In this document: positions 1 through 8,642 of the stretch, piece after piece
How positions within the stretch are numbered: position 1 is the stretch's first letter
Layout: each line of letters starts with the position of its first letter
Made by a program: the position numbers and the translations under genes
Notes under the pieces: generated by a model
Told to the model about the DNA's origin: nothing
Seen by the model: the letters and a program-made list of their open reading frames with translations, nothing else
Database searches by the model: none
Assembly: GCF_003367075.2 (NCBI RefSeq)
Contig: NZ_CP065936.1
Coordinates: 2,430,001-2,462,000, forward strand
Source of the DNA: Cylindrospermopsis raciborskii Cr2010
GTDB taxonomy: Bacteria; Cyanobacteriota; Cyanobacteriia; Cyanobacteriales; Nostocaceae
DNA: 32,000 nucleotides
Direction of reading: 5' to 3'

Positions 1-783
1 GCTTGAAGTGTTTTTTTGCAACTTATCTATTTGTGATAGCGCTTGGTCCAAAGTTATAGTTAAATGTTCAGACGAACTAATTTCTTCTTTAATCAAAGAT
101 TCACAAACTTGCTCGAGCAAGTCCACTAAGCATGGTTGAGCATTTGCTAAAAGTTGTTGCCAATTTTTCCCTAACTGTGACAGGTTTATCGGTAATCTGT
201 CACTGCGTAATTCCAGGAGTTTAACTAAACCCCCTTGTACTCTAATTAAGTCCCAGCTTAACAAACTACTAGCAACCCCTTGCTCGTACAAGGGTTGCCA
301 CAGTTTCGCCATTTGCCACAACCAATTGATTTGTCGTATAGAAGAAGCTTTACCCCAAGCTGTGATTAGGTCACTCCATAAATGTACTCGCTGGTTTTTG
401 TTATCATGGATTAGGGGTATGGCTTCTAAAAGTATTGTATTGGTTCTAGGTTCTTGTTCAGTTATAGAAAGAACCCCATAAATCTGTGGTACGTGCAGGC
501 GGTAAGGGATGAGTTTTAGATAGGGTTTTATTTGATCTAAATAAACTAACTCAGGTGCTTGGGGTGGTAATCCAGGTTTGAGGTCCAAAATTATCGACCT
601 CTCAATGATTACATAACGGTCTCCCACAATTTCACCCGGATTACCCAGATCATGGACCCCCACCGTCCACAGATAACGCTTAGGCAAGGGTGTGGAGCAT
701 CTCTGACAAAACCTGTGGTTTAGAGGATTGGGGGCTTGACAATATTCGTTTGGGCAGAAAAGCATTGCTACTTCATTTTCCAT
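1..783 (-). CDS. Partial CDS (N-terminal 261 codons; 3' end lies beyond the window start): 4-Cys zinc-ribbon protein, probably the N-terminal part of a cyanobacterial PP2C-type Ser/Thr phosphatase or pseudokinase-like signalling protein
   Basis: My own translation of the minus strand from the ATG at 783-781 is open to position 1: MENEVAMLFCPNEYCQAPNPLNHRFCQRCSTPLPKRYLWTVG.... The CPxxxC...CxxC motif followed by PKRYLW resembles, from memory, the N-termini of large cyanobacterial PP2C-domain proteins. The catalytic domain itself is not in the window. The ORF is missing from the track because it has no stop codon in the window. Confidence 0.6.
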   Translation of the reverse strand, partial: MENEVAMLFCPNEYCQAPNPLNHRFCQRCSTPLPKRYLWTVGVHDLGNPGEIVGDRYVIIERSIILDLKPGLPPQAPELVYLDQIKPYLKLIPYRLHVPQIYGVLSITEQEPRTNTILLEAIPLIHDNKNQRVHLWSDLITAWGKASSIRQINWLWQMAKLWQPLYEQGVASSLLSWDLIRVQGGLVKLLELRSDRLPINLSQLGKNWQQLLANAQPCLVDLLEQVCESLIKEEISSSEHLTITLDQALSQIDKLQKNTSS

Positions 784-948
784 ATTTCTCGCACCAAGCA
801 GCGACTAGCAATTATTCAAGAGTATGGTTAGGAGATGTTACACCCAACTTTTTAGAGCCTGGTTTTACCAGAGCCCTAATTTTGTTGATGGGTTAGAAAC
901 TTTCATTTACCTTAACTCATCAACCATGAATGGAAGCAAATTTTTATC

Positions 949-1305
949 TCATGGATTGTCATTCGCTGCAACTTGGGGTAGTCCCATGCTGTAGTTGGTG
1001 ACGCGAGCAGCAAGATTGTAGCTAATCTCACCTTTTTGTAACAGCGATCGCACAAAATGCTCTAAATCTGAACCAATCCGACGTAAATTATAGTCTGTTA
1101 GGTCTACACCTTCTGAAGATTCTACAATTTCATCAAATTTACGATATACTTTCTGTAGTGCATCTTCGCTCCAGTTAAATTCGTTATCTGGATCAACGTC
1201 TAAAGTAAGAACCTGGTTACTAGGGACTAATTCCTCTTGGTTTATTTCCGCCGCAAAAATGCGGATATGACGGGTTGTGGACTTGAGCAGTATTGGGTTA
1301 TCCAT
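949..1305 (-). CDS. ndhM: NAD(P)H-quinone oxidoreductase (NDH-1) subunit M
   Basis: 118 aa. LLKSTTRHIRIFAAE...LTLDVDPDNEFNW...ALQKVYRKFDEIVE...YNLRRIGSDLEHFVRSLLQKGEISYNL matches the conserved NdhM sequence of cyanobacteria and plastids. Confidence 0.93.
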   Translation of the reverse strand: MDNPILLKSTTRHIRIFAAEINQEELVPSNQVLTLDVDPDNEFNWSEDALQKVYRKFDEIVESSEGVDLTDYNLRRIGSDLEHFVRSLLQKGEISYNLAARVTNYSMGLPQVAANDNP

Positions 1306-1927
1306 AATTAGGTCTAGGATTTTGGTTAATCACACTGCAATTATTTTAACTGCTGTGCCCGATCTTAATTGTTTGGATTTGCCAAATAGATTGATTAACA
1401 GAATCGGTAGGACTTCGCTTATATATATCAAATATTGCTAGGTTTGATGTTACTTTTATTACAAATTTTAATACATGTACCAAATGACACTGATTTTGTT
1501 TAATAAAACTGTTCTTAGACATCAAATTGTATTACCTGTATAGACTTTAAAAAATGAATTTAAATATAATTACTAGTTGATAAAGTGATATATTTTCCCA
1601 GTATTGACGTTTGGGTAAAGTTGTTGTACAAACTTTTAAAAAGGTAGGATGAGTTCTTGCAGAACCTAAATTATGTAGAACTTAAAAATCCCATCATGCT
1701 TTACTACTTCAACATACAACACTACACAAGGAGGGGTAAAATTGGAACAGTTAAAAGCGATTTTTCATCACTATGGAGGGCGGAATGGAAAAGAAATTTA
1801 GCGGATGAGTAAACTAAAATTACCTCTTCGCTGTGTTTGAGAAAATATAAAGATTTTTTTGGTGGATATTTTGGCTCCCCACCTGTATGAACACCGTTTC
1901 TAACCCAGTAAAGGAATCCTCACAACT

Positions 1928-2212
1928 ATGAACTCCAAAGCATTACCACGCCAGGTCAATAATCTCGAAGTCGGTGTTTATGAATGTGAAATTCACCTTA
2001 AGTTTCGCTTAATAGAAGAAAAAAGTTTGTTGGGAGATCGTGAACAGCTTCTACAAGTCTTCTTAGACGCACTTACAGAGGGATCGGATGAATTTTTGGA
2101 AATGCTACAAGCATCTGTTAAAGCTCAGGAGATCTCTGAATTTAAGGCCTCTCCTCAAATGAGAAGACAACTGATGCGGTTGAGAAACTCTTTGGATAAT
2201 ACCCAGCAGTAG
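1928..2212 (+). CDS. Small conserved cyanobacterial protein, function unknown (94 aa)
   Basis: ATG-initiated ORF not overlapped by a better ORF. Predicted soluble and helical (EQLLQVFLDALTEGSDEFLEMLQ). It resembles a small cyanobacteria-restricted family that I recall only vaguely, so no function is assigned. Confidence 0.55.
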   Translation: MNSKALPRQVNNLEVGVYECEIHLKFRLIEEKSLLGDREQLLQVFLDALTEGSDEFLEMLQASVKAQEISEFKASPQMRRQLMRLRNSLDNTQQ

Positions 2213-2347
2213 CCAAAACTCAAGGACAGGTTGCACCTCACCACAATTATTATCACTGAATTATCACCCATAAATTAGTTTAAGTGATAACCTTTATGAC
2301 CAAGCAAGCATCTACAATTATTAGAGTATTCATTAACATGGCAAACG

Positions 2348-2369
2348 GGGGACAGGCGATTCAGTCCCC
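2348..2369. terminator. GC-rich hairpin between convergent genes; possible bidirectional terminator
   Basis: GGGGAC (2348-2353) pairs with GTCCCC (2364-2369) around a 10-nt loop. It sits between the stop of the 94-aa ORF (2212) and the stop of the ABC-F gene (2388). Flanking U-tracts are weak. Confidence 0.3.
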
Positions 2370-2387
2370 AGGTTCTTTGATACTAAC

Positions 2388-4082
2388 TTACTTTTTTTTA
2401 GCAGCCGCTTTTGCTGTTTTTGCCGCTTTTTTGGCTGCTTTTTCTGCTTCCATTGCCGCTAATTTAGCTTGTTGCTTTTCTTCCTCGATCTTAGTCAGAT
2501 AGTAGTGATAATCTCCTAGATAAACTCGAAATTCTCCATCTCGAATTTCTACAATTTTATTTGCCACCTGGGAGATAAAGTAACGGTCATGAGACACTAC
2601 TATAGCTGTACCATCATAGTTTTGTAGTGCTTCTTCCAGCATTTCTTTAGCGGGAATATCTAGGTGATTAGTGGGTTCATCCAAAATGATCAAATTAACT
2701 GGGCATAATAGCATCTTTGCCAATGCCAGTCTTGCTTTCTCCCCTCCGCTTAGGGCCCCTACTTGTTTGAAAACCGTATCCCCGGCAAATAAAAACCTTC
2801 CTAGCAACGTACGCACTTCCTCATTTTTCCAATCAGGAACTTCATTATGAATAGTCTCCATGACGGTTTTATTTAGATCCAGGGCCTCCGCTTGATTCTG
2901 TTCAAAATAACCTGGAATAACATTATGGTCTCCTAGTTTAACAGTTCCTTCCGTGGGAATTTCCATACCCGTAATTATTTTTAACAAAGTGGATTTTCCT
3001 GCTCCATTGGGTCCTAGGAACGCGATCCTGTCTCCCCTTTCAATAAGTAAATTTGCCCCTAGAAACAGGATTTTGTCTCCATAGGTGTGGGTAAGATCTT
3101 TAATTTCTACCACTTCCCTACCACTGCGCGGTGCAGGTGGAAAACGAAAATGTAGGGTTCTCACCCCTGTAGTTGGTGCTTCAATTCTTTCAACTTTCTC
3201 CAACTGCTTTTCTCTGCTTTTTGCCTGGGTGCTGCGAGTAGCACTAGCGCGAAATCTGTCTACAAATGCTTGCTGCTTTTCTATTTCCTTTTGTTGACGT
3301 TCAAAAGCACTTAACTGAGACGCTTCATTCTCAGCCTTTTGTTGGAGATATGCAGAATAGTTACCTAGGTAGGTAGTAGAAACCCCTCGTTCAGTTTCCA
3401 CAATTTGTGTGCAAAGTCGGTCTAAAAACTCCCGGTCATGGGAAACAATTACCATGGGGGTGGTCAAACTCCTGAGGTAATTCTCTAACCATTCAATGGT
3501 TTCTAGGTCTAAGTGGTTTGTCGGTTCGTCTAGTAGTAATAGGTCTGGCTTTTGTAAGAGGATTTTGCCCAAACTCATGCGCATTTGCCAACCCCCCGAA
3601 AAAGCACTCACCAGACGATCCCCATCTTCTACCTGAAAACCCATTTCTGGCAGAATTTTACCAATGCGAGCATCTAAATTATAACCATCTAGAGACTCAA
3701 ACTGACGTTGTAATTTGTCTAACTTATTAATTAGTTTGTCTAATTGTTCTACGGTCGCTGTTTCCATGTCACGTTGCACTTCATATAGTGCTAACTGCAC
3801 CGCATTAGCTTCTTTGAAAACAGTCCAAAACTCTTCCTGAACTGTTCGTGTGGGATCTACTTCAAACTCCTGGTTAAGATAGGCTATGTGCAAACTAGCA
3901 GGACGAATTATCTGACCAGCAGTGGGCTCTATTTCCCCAGAGATAATTTTCAATTGGGTAGACTTTCCCGCACCGTTAACGCCCACTAAACCAATGCGAT
4001 CGCCCGGTTTGACTTCCCAGTTAATATCTTGTAGAACTTCACCTGTCGGGTAAATTTTACTAATGTGTTCCAGTCTTAACAT
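2388..4082 (-). CDS. ABC-F family ATPase (two ABC domains, no transmembrane domain) with a Lys/Ala-rich C-terminal tail
   Basis: Two Walker A motifs (GVNGAGKST, GPNGAGKST), two signature motifs (FSGGWQMR, LSGGEKAR) and two Walker B motifs (LLLLDEPTNHLD, LIILDEPTNHLD), joined by a charged linker. The tail reads AKLAAMEAEKAAKKAAKTAKAAAKKK. I placed the start at the ATG at 4082 (MLRLEHISKIY); the track's 4115 start is a TTG 11 codons upstream. Confidence 0.9.
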   Translation of the reverse strand: MLRLEHISKIYPTGEVLQDINWEVKPGDRIGLVGVNGAGKSTQLKIISGEIEPTAGQIIRPASLHIAYLNQEFEVDPTRTVQEEFWTVFKEANAVQLALYEVQRDMETATVEQLDKLINKLDKLQRQFESLDGYNLDARIGKILPEMGFQVEDGDRLVSAFSGGWQMRMSLGKILLQKPDLLLLDEPTNHLDLETIEWLENYLRSLTTPMVIVSHDREFLDRLCTQIVETERGVSTTYLGNYSAYLQQKAENEASQLSAFERQQKEIEKQQAFVDRFRASATRSTQAKSREKQLEKVERIEAPTTGVRTLHFRFPPAPRSGREVVEIKDLTHTYGDKILFLGANLLIERGDRIAFLGPNGAGKSTLLKIITGMEIPTEGTVKLGDHNVIPGYFEQNQAEALDLNKTVMETIHNEVPDWKNEEVRTLLGRFLFAGDTVFKQVGALSGGEKARLALAKMLLCPVNLIILDEPTNHLDIPAKEMLEEALQNYDGTAIVVSHDRYFISQVANKIVEIRDGEFRVYLGDYHYYLTKIEEEKQQAKLAAMEAEKAAKKAAKTAKAAAKKK

Positions 4083-4280
4083 GAAATATCTCTCGAATAA
4101 GGAATAGAAGATCAAAAAAGCGAAACTTTTAGGTCATTTTCAATCTTAACAAAAGTTAACAACATATTGATTGGTTTGATTCTCAAGGTCAGAATTGACC
4201 AGATCACTGGTGGGGGAATTTGGATAATGTAAAAGCTACAACACACCCAAATCACTGACATACCAATTCAAATTACAACA

Positions 4281-4958
4281 ATGAACAATCCGATCAGTAA
4301 TAAGACCCGTTTTTTATTTTATATGTTTAGGCTGCAAATGTTGAGTTTGTTTACGCTGTTCACTCTTAACGGTTGGATGGAGTTGGCGTTAGCCAATTTA
4401 TCCCCTAAAGCTACGCTCTATAAGTGGCTATTTCATGTCAAATCACAACAGATAGAAATAAACCTTTCTAACAAGACTAAACCGGAGTACTTCTACCTTG
4501 AACAACCTTCTCGGTTGGTGATAGATTTACCTAATACCCAACTGGGCAATGTGGAAACCCAAAAAACCTATTCTGGTAGAGTTCAGAAAATTCGCCTTTC
4601 CCAATTTAGCTCTCAAATTACCCGTATGGTGATTGAATTTAAGCCCGGGACAGTGGTGGATATGAACGCTATGGGGGTGCAGAGCGGTCACCAGTCCAAA
4701 CGCTGGATATTACGCCCGGTATTTTCCCATGATCAAACCACCACCAAATCTTTCCCCTCTTTTAGTTTGCCATCAGCAATTACTAACCCGACGCTTAATC
4801 ACCAACAACCCTTTATTATGGTGCCGCCTCCCAATCGAGGCACTTCTGCACCTTCTCAATTCTTGATTATGCCCTCTAACACCAAAACGACCCCTTCAAA
4901 TCAAGGTTTTCAAGTTCCTGTTATTGAATTTGGTCAACCAATACCTTTCTTGAGGTAA
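4281..4958 (+). CDS. AMIN-domain protein (stand-alone), with an N-terminal hydrophobic segment and a Pro/Ser/Thr-rich C-terminus
   Basis: 225 aa. The core YFYLEQPSRLVIDLPNTQLG...VQKIRLSQFSSQITRMVIEFKPGTVVD fits the AMIN fold signature (RLVIDLPN ... IR..Q......R.V.......) seen at the N-termini of AmiC amidases and PilQ. No amidase or secretin domain follows. Confidence 0.7.
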   Translation: MNNPISNKTRFLFYMFRLQMLSLFTLFTLNGWMELALANLSPKATLYKWLFHVKSQQIEINLSNKTKPEYFYLEQPSRLVIDLPNTQLGNVETQKTYSGRVQKIRLSQFSSQITRMVIEFKPGTVVDMNAMGVQSGHQSKRWILRPVFSHDQTTTKSFPSFSLPSAITNPTLNHQQPFIMVPPPNRGTSAPSQFLIMPSNTKTTPSNQGFQVPVIEFGQPIPFLR

Positions 4959-4980
4959 AAAAATAACTATCAATCAATAA

Positions 4981-5520
4981 CTAGAATCGGTCTGTTTCCT
5001 GATTAGGCGCTACTGCACCTGGTTGAGATAAGAAGAAATTTTGACCCGCCTCATTTTGATATATACATCTAATATCGGGCTTTTCACTGTCCAAATTGCC
5101 GGTAAATCCAAAAGTATTCAGACGATTTTTACACTCTCTTACCTGATCAGATGTGACCAATTTCTTGTTTTCTAAAATAGCCCAGTTATTTTGGCGGATT
5201 ACACACCCAGGACGAATATTTGGTTGTGATACGTAGACATTAAATGGGTTAAGAGTGACAAATAATCGGGCATCCATCACCATTGCACTGGCCCCATACT
5301 GAACACAAATTTCTGGATTTGGGGCTTTTAAATCAATAAATTCACGGCTAGCTACGTTTGAGGGCGCAAGGGTGGTGGTAGAGCTAAAAGCAATGCCAAT
5401 GCCAATACCCAAGACCAATACTCCCCCTAAAATAGCAATGGTGGTTAAATTAAATATGGGAGATTGAAAAATAGAGGGTTTGGAACTTGTCGCCGTTCTA
5501 GGAGTTGATTTACGTCTCAT
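4981..5520 (-). CDS. Conserved cyanobacterial/plastid-type membrane-anchored protein (DUF3172-like)
   Basis: 179 aa. Basic N-terminus, one TM helix (ILGGVLVLGIGIGIAF), then a Cys-containing soluble domain (CVQYGASAMVMDARLFVTLNPFNVYVSQP...PGCVIRQNNW...). The DUF3172 family assignment is from memory. Confidence 0.65.
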   Translation of the reverse strand: MRRKSTPRTATSSKPSIFQSPIFNLTTIAILGGVLVLGIGIGIAFSSTTTLAPSNVASREFIDLKAPNPEICVQYGASAMVMDARLFVTLNPFNVYVSQPNIRPGCVIRQNNWAILENKKLVTSDQVRECKNRLNTFGFTGNLDSEKPDIRCIYQNEAGQNFFLSQPGAVAPNQETDRF

Positions 5521-5624
5521 TTTTACTTAACCACTTGCTTCAATTTGCGGATCTGGACCCGAACCTGGCCAACGGCGAATAGGTTCGCCGGTAATTAAAT
5601 ACAATTAAATGTGATTAACTGCAA

Positions 5625-6101
5625 TTAACTGGCAAGTAAGGTTTTTTCTAGGGGAGTCCAACGAAAATAGCGATCGCCACCCCTTTCAATCACTACCTTG
5701 ACCCGTGGTTCCAACCGGGGTAAATTGGTGAAGTATTCCACTTCCTGATCGGAAAGAATATTGCCCTCAATTACCCACAATAACAATCCTTTGGAATTGG
5801 GGGGTAGTTGGGCTAAATGGGAGGAGATTAACGGAGGTAGATATTGTACCTCACCTACCGCTGCACCATTGCTGGTACTCTTTTTGCCCAAATGGGGAGG
5901 TCTAATTCCGTGAACCCCCATCAAATAGGCTGCTACGTCTCCTAAACCTCTAGCCGTAATATGAAGGTTAACATATCCTGCAGCCCTGAGACGACGACGA
6001 TAGCGACCTTCATATCCTCCTTCCAAGGGAACAAATACACCCAAGGAACCAAATTTTTCCAAATCCCGGATGAAACCGCTGCCAGTGGTAATTAGTGCCA
6101 T
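5625..6101 (-). CDS. ndhN: NAD(P)H-quinone oxidoreductase (NDH-1) subunit N
   Basis: MALITTGSGFIRDLEKFGSLGVFVPLEGGYEGRYRRRLRAAGY...ITARGLGDVAAYLMGVHGIRPPHLGKK matches NdhN. The start is set at the ATG at 6101; the track's 6116 is a GTG 5 codons upstream. Confidence 0.92.
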   Translation of the reverse strand: MALITTGSGFIRDLEKFGSLGVFVPLEGGYEGRYRRRLRAAGYVNLHITARGLGDVAAYLMGVHGIRPPHLGKKSTSNGAAVGEVQYLPPLISSHLAQLPPNSKGLLLWVIEGNILSDQEVEYFTNLPRLEPRVKVVIERGGDRYFRWTPLEKTLLAS

Positions 6102-6224
6102 AGATTTTTCTCCCACCTATATATTTCTATTATTCACCTTAATGGTAGATTAGGATAGGTTGGGAAATTGGATTTTGGCAATATTAACCATTTATTCGCT
6201 GCCAAAATATCTTTGATTAACCAC

Positions 6225-6253
6225 TGGACAAAACCAGGTTTATGGATTATACT
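6225..6253 (+). promoter_or_regulatory. Candidate sigma-70-type promoter about 600 nt upstream of rplC
   Basis: TGGACA (6225-6230), a 17-nt spacer, then TATACT (6248-6253). This is a sequence match only. Confidence 0.25.
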
Positions 6254-6857
6254 ATTAGATCGTAACTAAAACCTCGCCATTAGTGGTCTTCTCAATTTAG
6301 CCGCCTTGGAAAAAAGCACCGCAAAACCTTGAGTCTTTATGGTGAAAAAACCAAAAAGCTGCTAAAATGGAGACAATTTAGGTAAGACTAGGTAAAACTC
6401 AAGCGAAGGCCCCTAACCCACAGCCAAAACGAAGTTGAGTTATAGTTCGCTCCGGCCAGCCCTAAAAGGGCAGATCCTCAAACGATAGTTTAAGGTGTTA
6501 AGAGCAACCTGAAAGTTATCAGGAAATGGATACTGAGCATCACTGCTTAAGTCCTGTTGCGAACGGAGAGTGCCAGAGCAGTGGAACAAAGTAACCCATT
6601 GCTGCACAAAAGCAAAGCTACAAGCTTTTGCACTGATACCAGAAATAATGCCTTGCAATCAAAAAGGTAATTATCACTGTTCTGGTGGATAAAAAAGAGA
6701 AACAATAGACGGATTCACCAAACAGTAGGCTCACAGTTTGTTACGTCACTAGTAACTTGCACTGTCTAATGTCAGTACAATTTTGTTATGGACGTAGTAA
6801 AATCCTCTGAAGATCCGCTCCCAAGGTCAGCAACTAGATTAAGGAGAACCAGTTACT

Positions 6858-7496
6858 GTGTCTGTAGGTATTCTCGGCACCAAGCTGGGCATGACCCAAA
6901 TTTTTGATGAAGCGGGAGTATCCATTCCCGTGACCGTCATCCAAGCTGGTCCATGCACTGTTACACAAGTTAAAACCCAACCCACGGATGGTTATTGTGC
7001 CATTCAGGTTGGTTATGGGGAAGTAAAACCAAAAGCGTTAAACAAACCCAAGTTAGGTCACCTGGCAAAGTCATCAGCAGGACCAGTGCGGTATTTAAAC
7101 GAGTATCGGACTGACGCGGCGGGTGATTATGCCCTAGGACAGGAGATAAAGGCAGATATTTTCAGCGTAGGTCAGATTGTAGATGTGATTGGGACGAGTA
7201 TCGGTCGTGGTTTTGCGGGTAACCAGAAGCGCAATAACTTTGGCAGGGGACCAATGTCCCATGGTTCCAAAAACCATAGAGCCCCTGGTTCCATTGGAGC
7301 GGGTACAACCCCTGGTCGTGTTTATCCTGGTAAAAGGATGGCAGGAAGATTGGGAGGTAGTCGCGTCACCGTTCGTAAACTGACCGTGGTGAAAGTAGAT
7401 GCGGAACGTAACCTGATATTAATCAAGGGAGCAATTCCTGGCAAACCCGGTGGCTTAGTCAACGTAGTGCCCACGACTAAAGTTGGTAACAAATAG
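6858..7496 (+). CDS. rplC: 50S ribosomal protein L3
   Basis: [18 protein letters not shown].... GTG start preceded by AAGGAG (6841-6846). Confidence 0.97.
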   Translation: MSVGILGTKLGMTQIFDEAGVSIPVTVIQAGPCTVTQVKTQPTDGYCAIQVGYGEVKPKALNKPKLGHLAKSSAGPVRYLNEYRTDAAGDYALGQEIKADIFSVGQIVDVIGTSIGRGFAGNQKRNNFGRGPMSHGSKNHRAPGSIGAGTTPGRVYPGKRMAGRLGGSRVTVRKLTVVKVDAERNLILIKGAIPGKPGGLVNVVPTTKVGNK

Positions 7497-7554
7497 TTTT
7501 AGTTGATTAGCTGTCAGTAAAACTGACAACTGACTACTAACAAAGGACAAAAAA

Positions 7555-8196
7555 ATGGTTGAGAGTACAGTTAAGAACTGGCAAGGAGAAGAGGTTGGTC
7601 AAACCAGCTTCGAGTTGCGAGTTGCCAAGGAAGAGACAGCGTCCCACATAGTGCACCGGGCCCTAGTTAGACAAATGACCAATTCTCGCCAAGGTACAGC
7701 CAGCACCAAAACCCGTGCAGAAGTGCGAGGAGGCGGTCGCAAACCTTGGAGACAGAAAGGTACTGGTCGCGCCCGAGCAGGTTCTATTCGTTCACCATTA
7801 TGGCGTGGCGGTGGTGTGATCTTCGGACCAAAACCGAGGGATTTTAACATCAAGCTTAATCGTAAAGAGAGACGTTTAGCACTGCGCACAGCTTTTGTTA
7901 GCCGTAGAGAAGATTTGATAGTTGTAGAAGAGTTTACAGACCAACTACAACGTCCTAAGAGTAAGGAATTGGTGGCAGCACTAGCTCGTTGGGGAGCAAC
8001 AGCGGATCAAAAAACCTTACTAATTTTGTCAGAAATTGGGCAAAACACGGAGACTATCAGTCTTTCAGCCCGTAATGTGGAAAACATTAAGGTGATTGCG
8101 GCTGACCAGTTAAACGTATTTGACTTGTTGCACGCTGACAAGATTGTAGTTACATCTTCAGCATTAACCAAAATTCAAGAGGTGTACAGTGCCTAA
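7555..8196 (+). CDS. rplD: 50S ribosomal protein L4
   Basis: [38 protein letters not shown] is the L4 signature. Confidence 0.97.
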   Translation: MVESTVKNWQGEEVGQTSFELRVAKEETASHIVHRALVRQMTNSRQGTASTKTRAEVRGGGRKPWRQKGTGRARAGSIRSPLWRGGGVIFGPKPRDFNIKLNRKERRLALRTAFVSRREDLIVVEEFTDQLQRPKSKELVAALARWGATADQKTLLILSEIGQNTETISLSARNVENIKVIAADQLNVFDLLHADKIVVTSSALTKIQEVYSA

Positions 8197-8503
8197 ACTT
8201 GAACCCCGCAACCTACCAGACTTAGTGCGACATCCCATCCTGACGGAAAAAGCCACCATCATGATGGAGCAGAACAAATATACGTTTGAGGTCACTCCTA
8301 AGTCTACTAAGACCCAGATTAAAGCAGCCATTGAAGATTTGTTTCAGGTTAAAGTCGTTAAAGTAAATACTGCCCTACAACCCAGGAAAAAGCGTCGTGT
8401 TGGGAAGTTTACTGGCTTTAAACCTCAGTACAAAAAAGCTGTGGTGACTGTTGCATCTGGGGATGAAGTAAAAATCAGACAAGTTCTGTTCCCAGACGTT
8501 TAA
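8189..8503 (+). CDS. rplW: 50S ribosomal protein L23
   Basis: [24 protein letters not shown]...[21 protein letters not shown] start overlapping the rplD end by 8 nt. Confidence 0.95.
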   Translation: MPKLEPRNLPDLVRHPILTEKATIMMEQNKYTFEVTPKSTKTQIKAAIEDLFQVKVVKVNTALQPRKKRRVGKFTGFKPQYKKAVVTVASGDEVKIRQVLFPDV

Positions 8504-8616
8504 GAATTTGAGATTGGATTTGAAGCTGAGTAAGTTACGTCTAATATCTAATAGATGTACTAGATATATTTAAGCAGCAACGCCAAAATCCCCATCCAAC
8601 TCAAAAGCCTCCCATA

Positions 8617-8638
8617 CTAAAATCCAAAATCCAAAATC
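8617..8638. repeat. Heptamer tandem repeat (CTAAAAT-CCAAAAT-CCAAAAT-C), STRR-like
   Basis: Read directly in the rplW-rplB spacer. An extra CCAAAAT copy lies at 8582-8588 and another at 9525-9531 upstream of rpsS. Confidence 0.6.
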
Positions 8639-8642
8639 GTTT

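Noticed and set aside
690-896. 68-aa plus-strand ORF.
   Set aside because: It overlaps the 5' end of the better-supported minus-strand zinc-ribbon gene (start at 783) and its upstream region. It shows no protein-like features.
2284-3730. Plus-strand ORFs 2284-2502, 3085-3297 and 3518-3730.
   Set aside because: They are antisense shadows of the ABC-F gene. For example, the Ala/Phe-rich 2284-2502 simply mirrors the Lys/Ala tail codons.
5540-5600. GGTTCGGGTCC-like string (minus strand) resembling a tRNA T-arm.
   Set aside because: The flanking sequence cannot form the T-stem, acceptor arm or anticodon arm, so there is no tRNA.
6440-6658. 72-aa minus-strand ORF in the ndhN-rplC spacer.
   Set aside because: It is TTG-initiated, has no Shine-Dalgarno sequence, and its composition is not protein-like. 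The region is kept as a possible RNA or leader in the findings instead.
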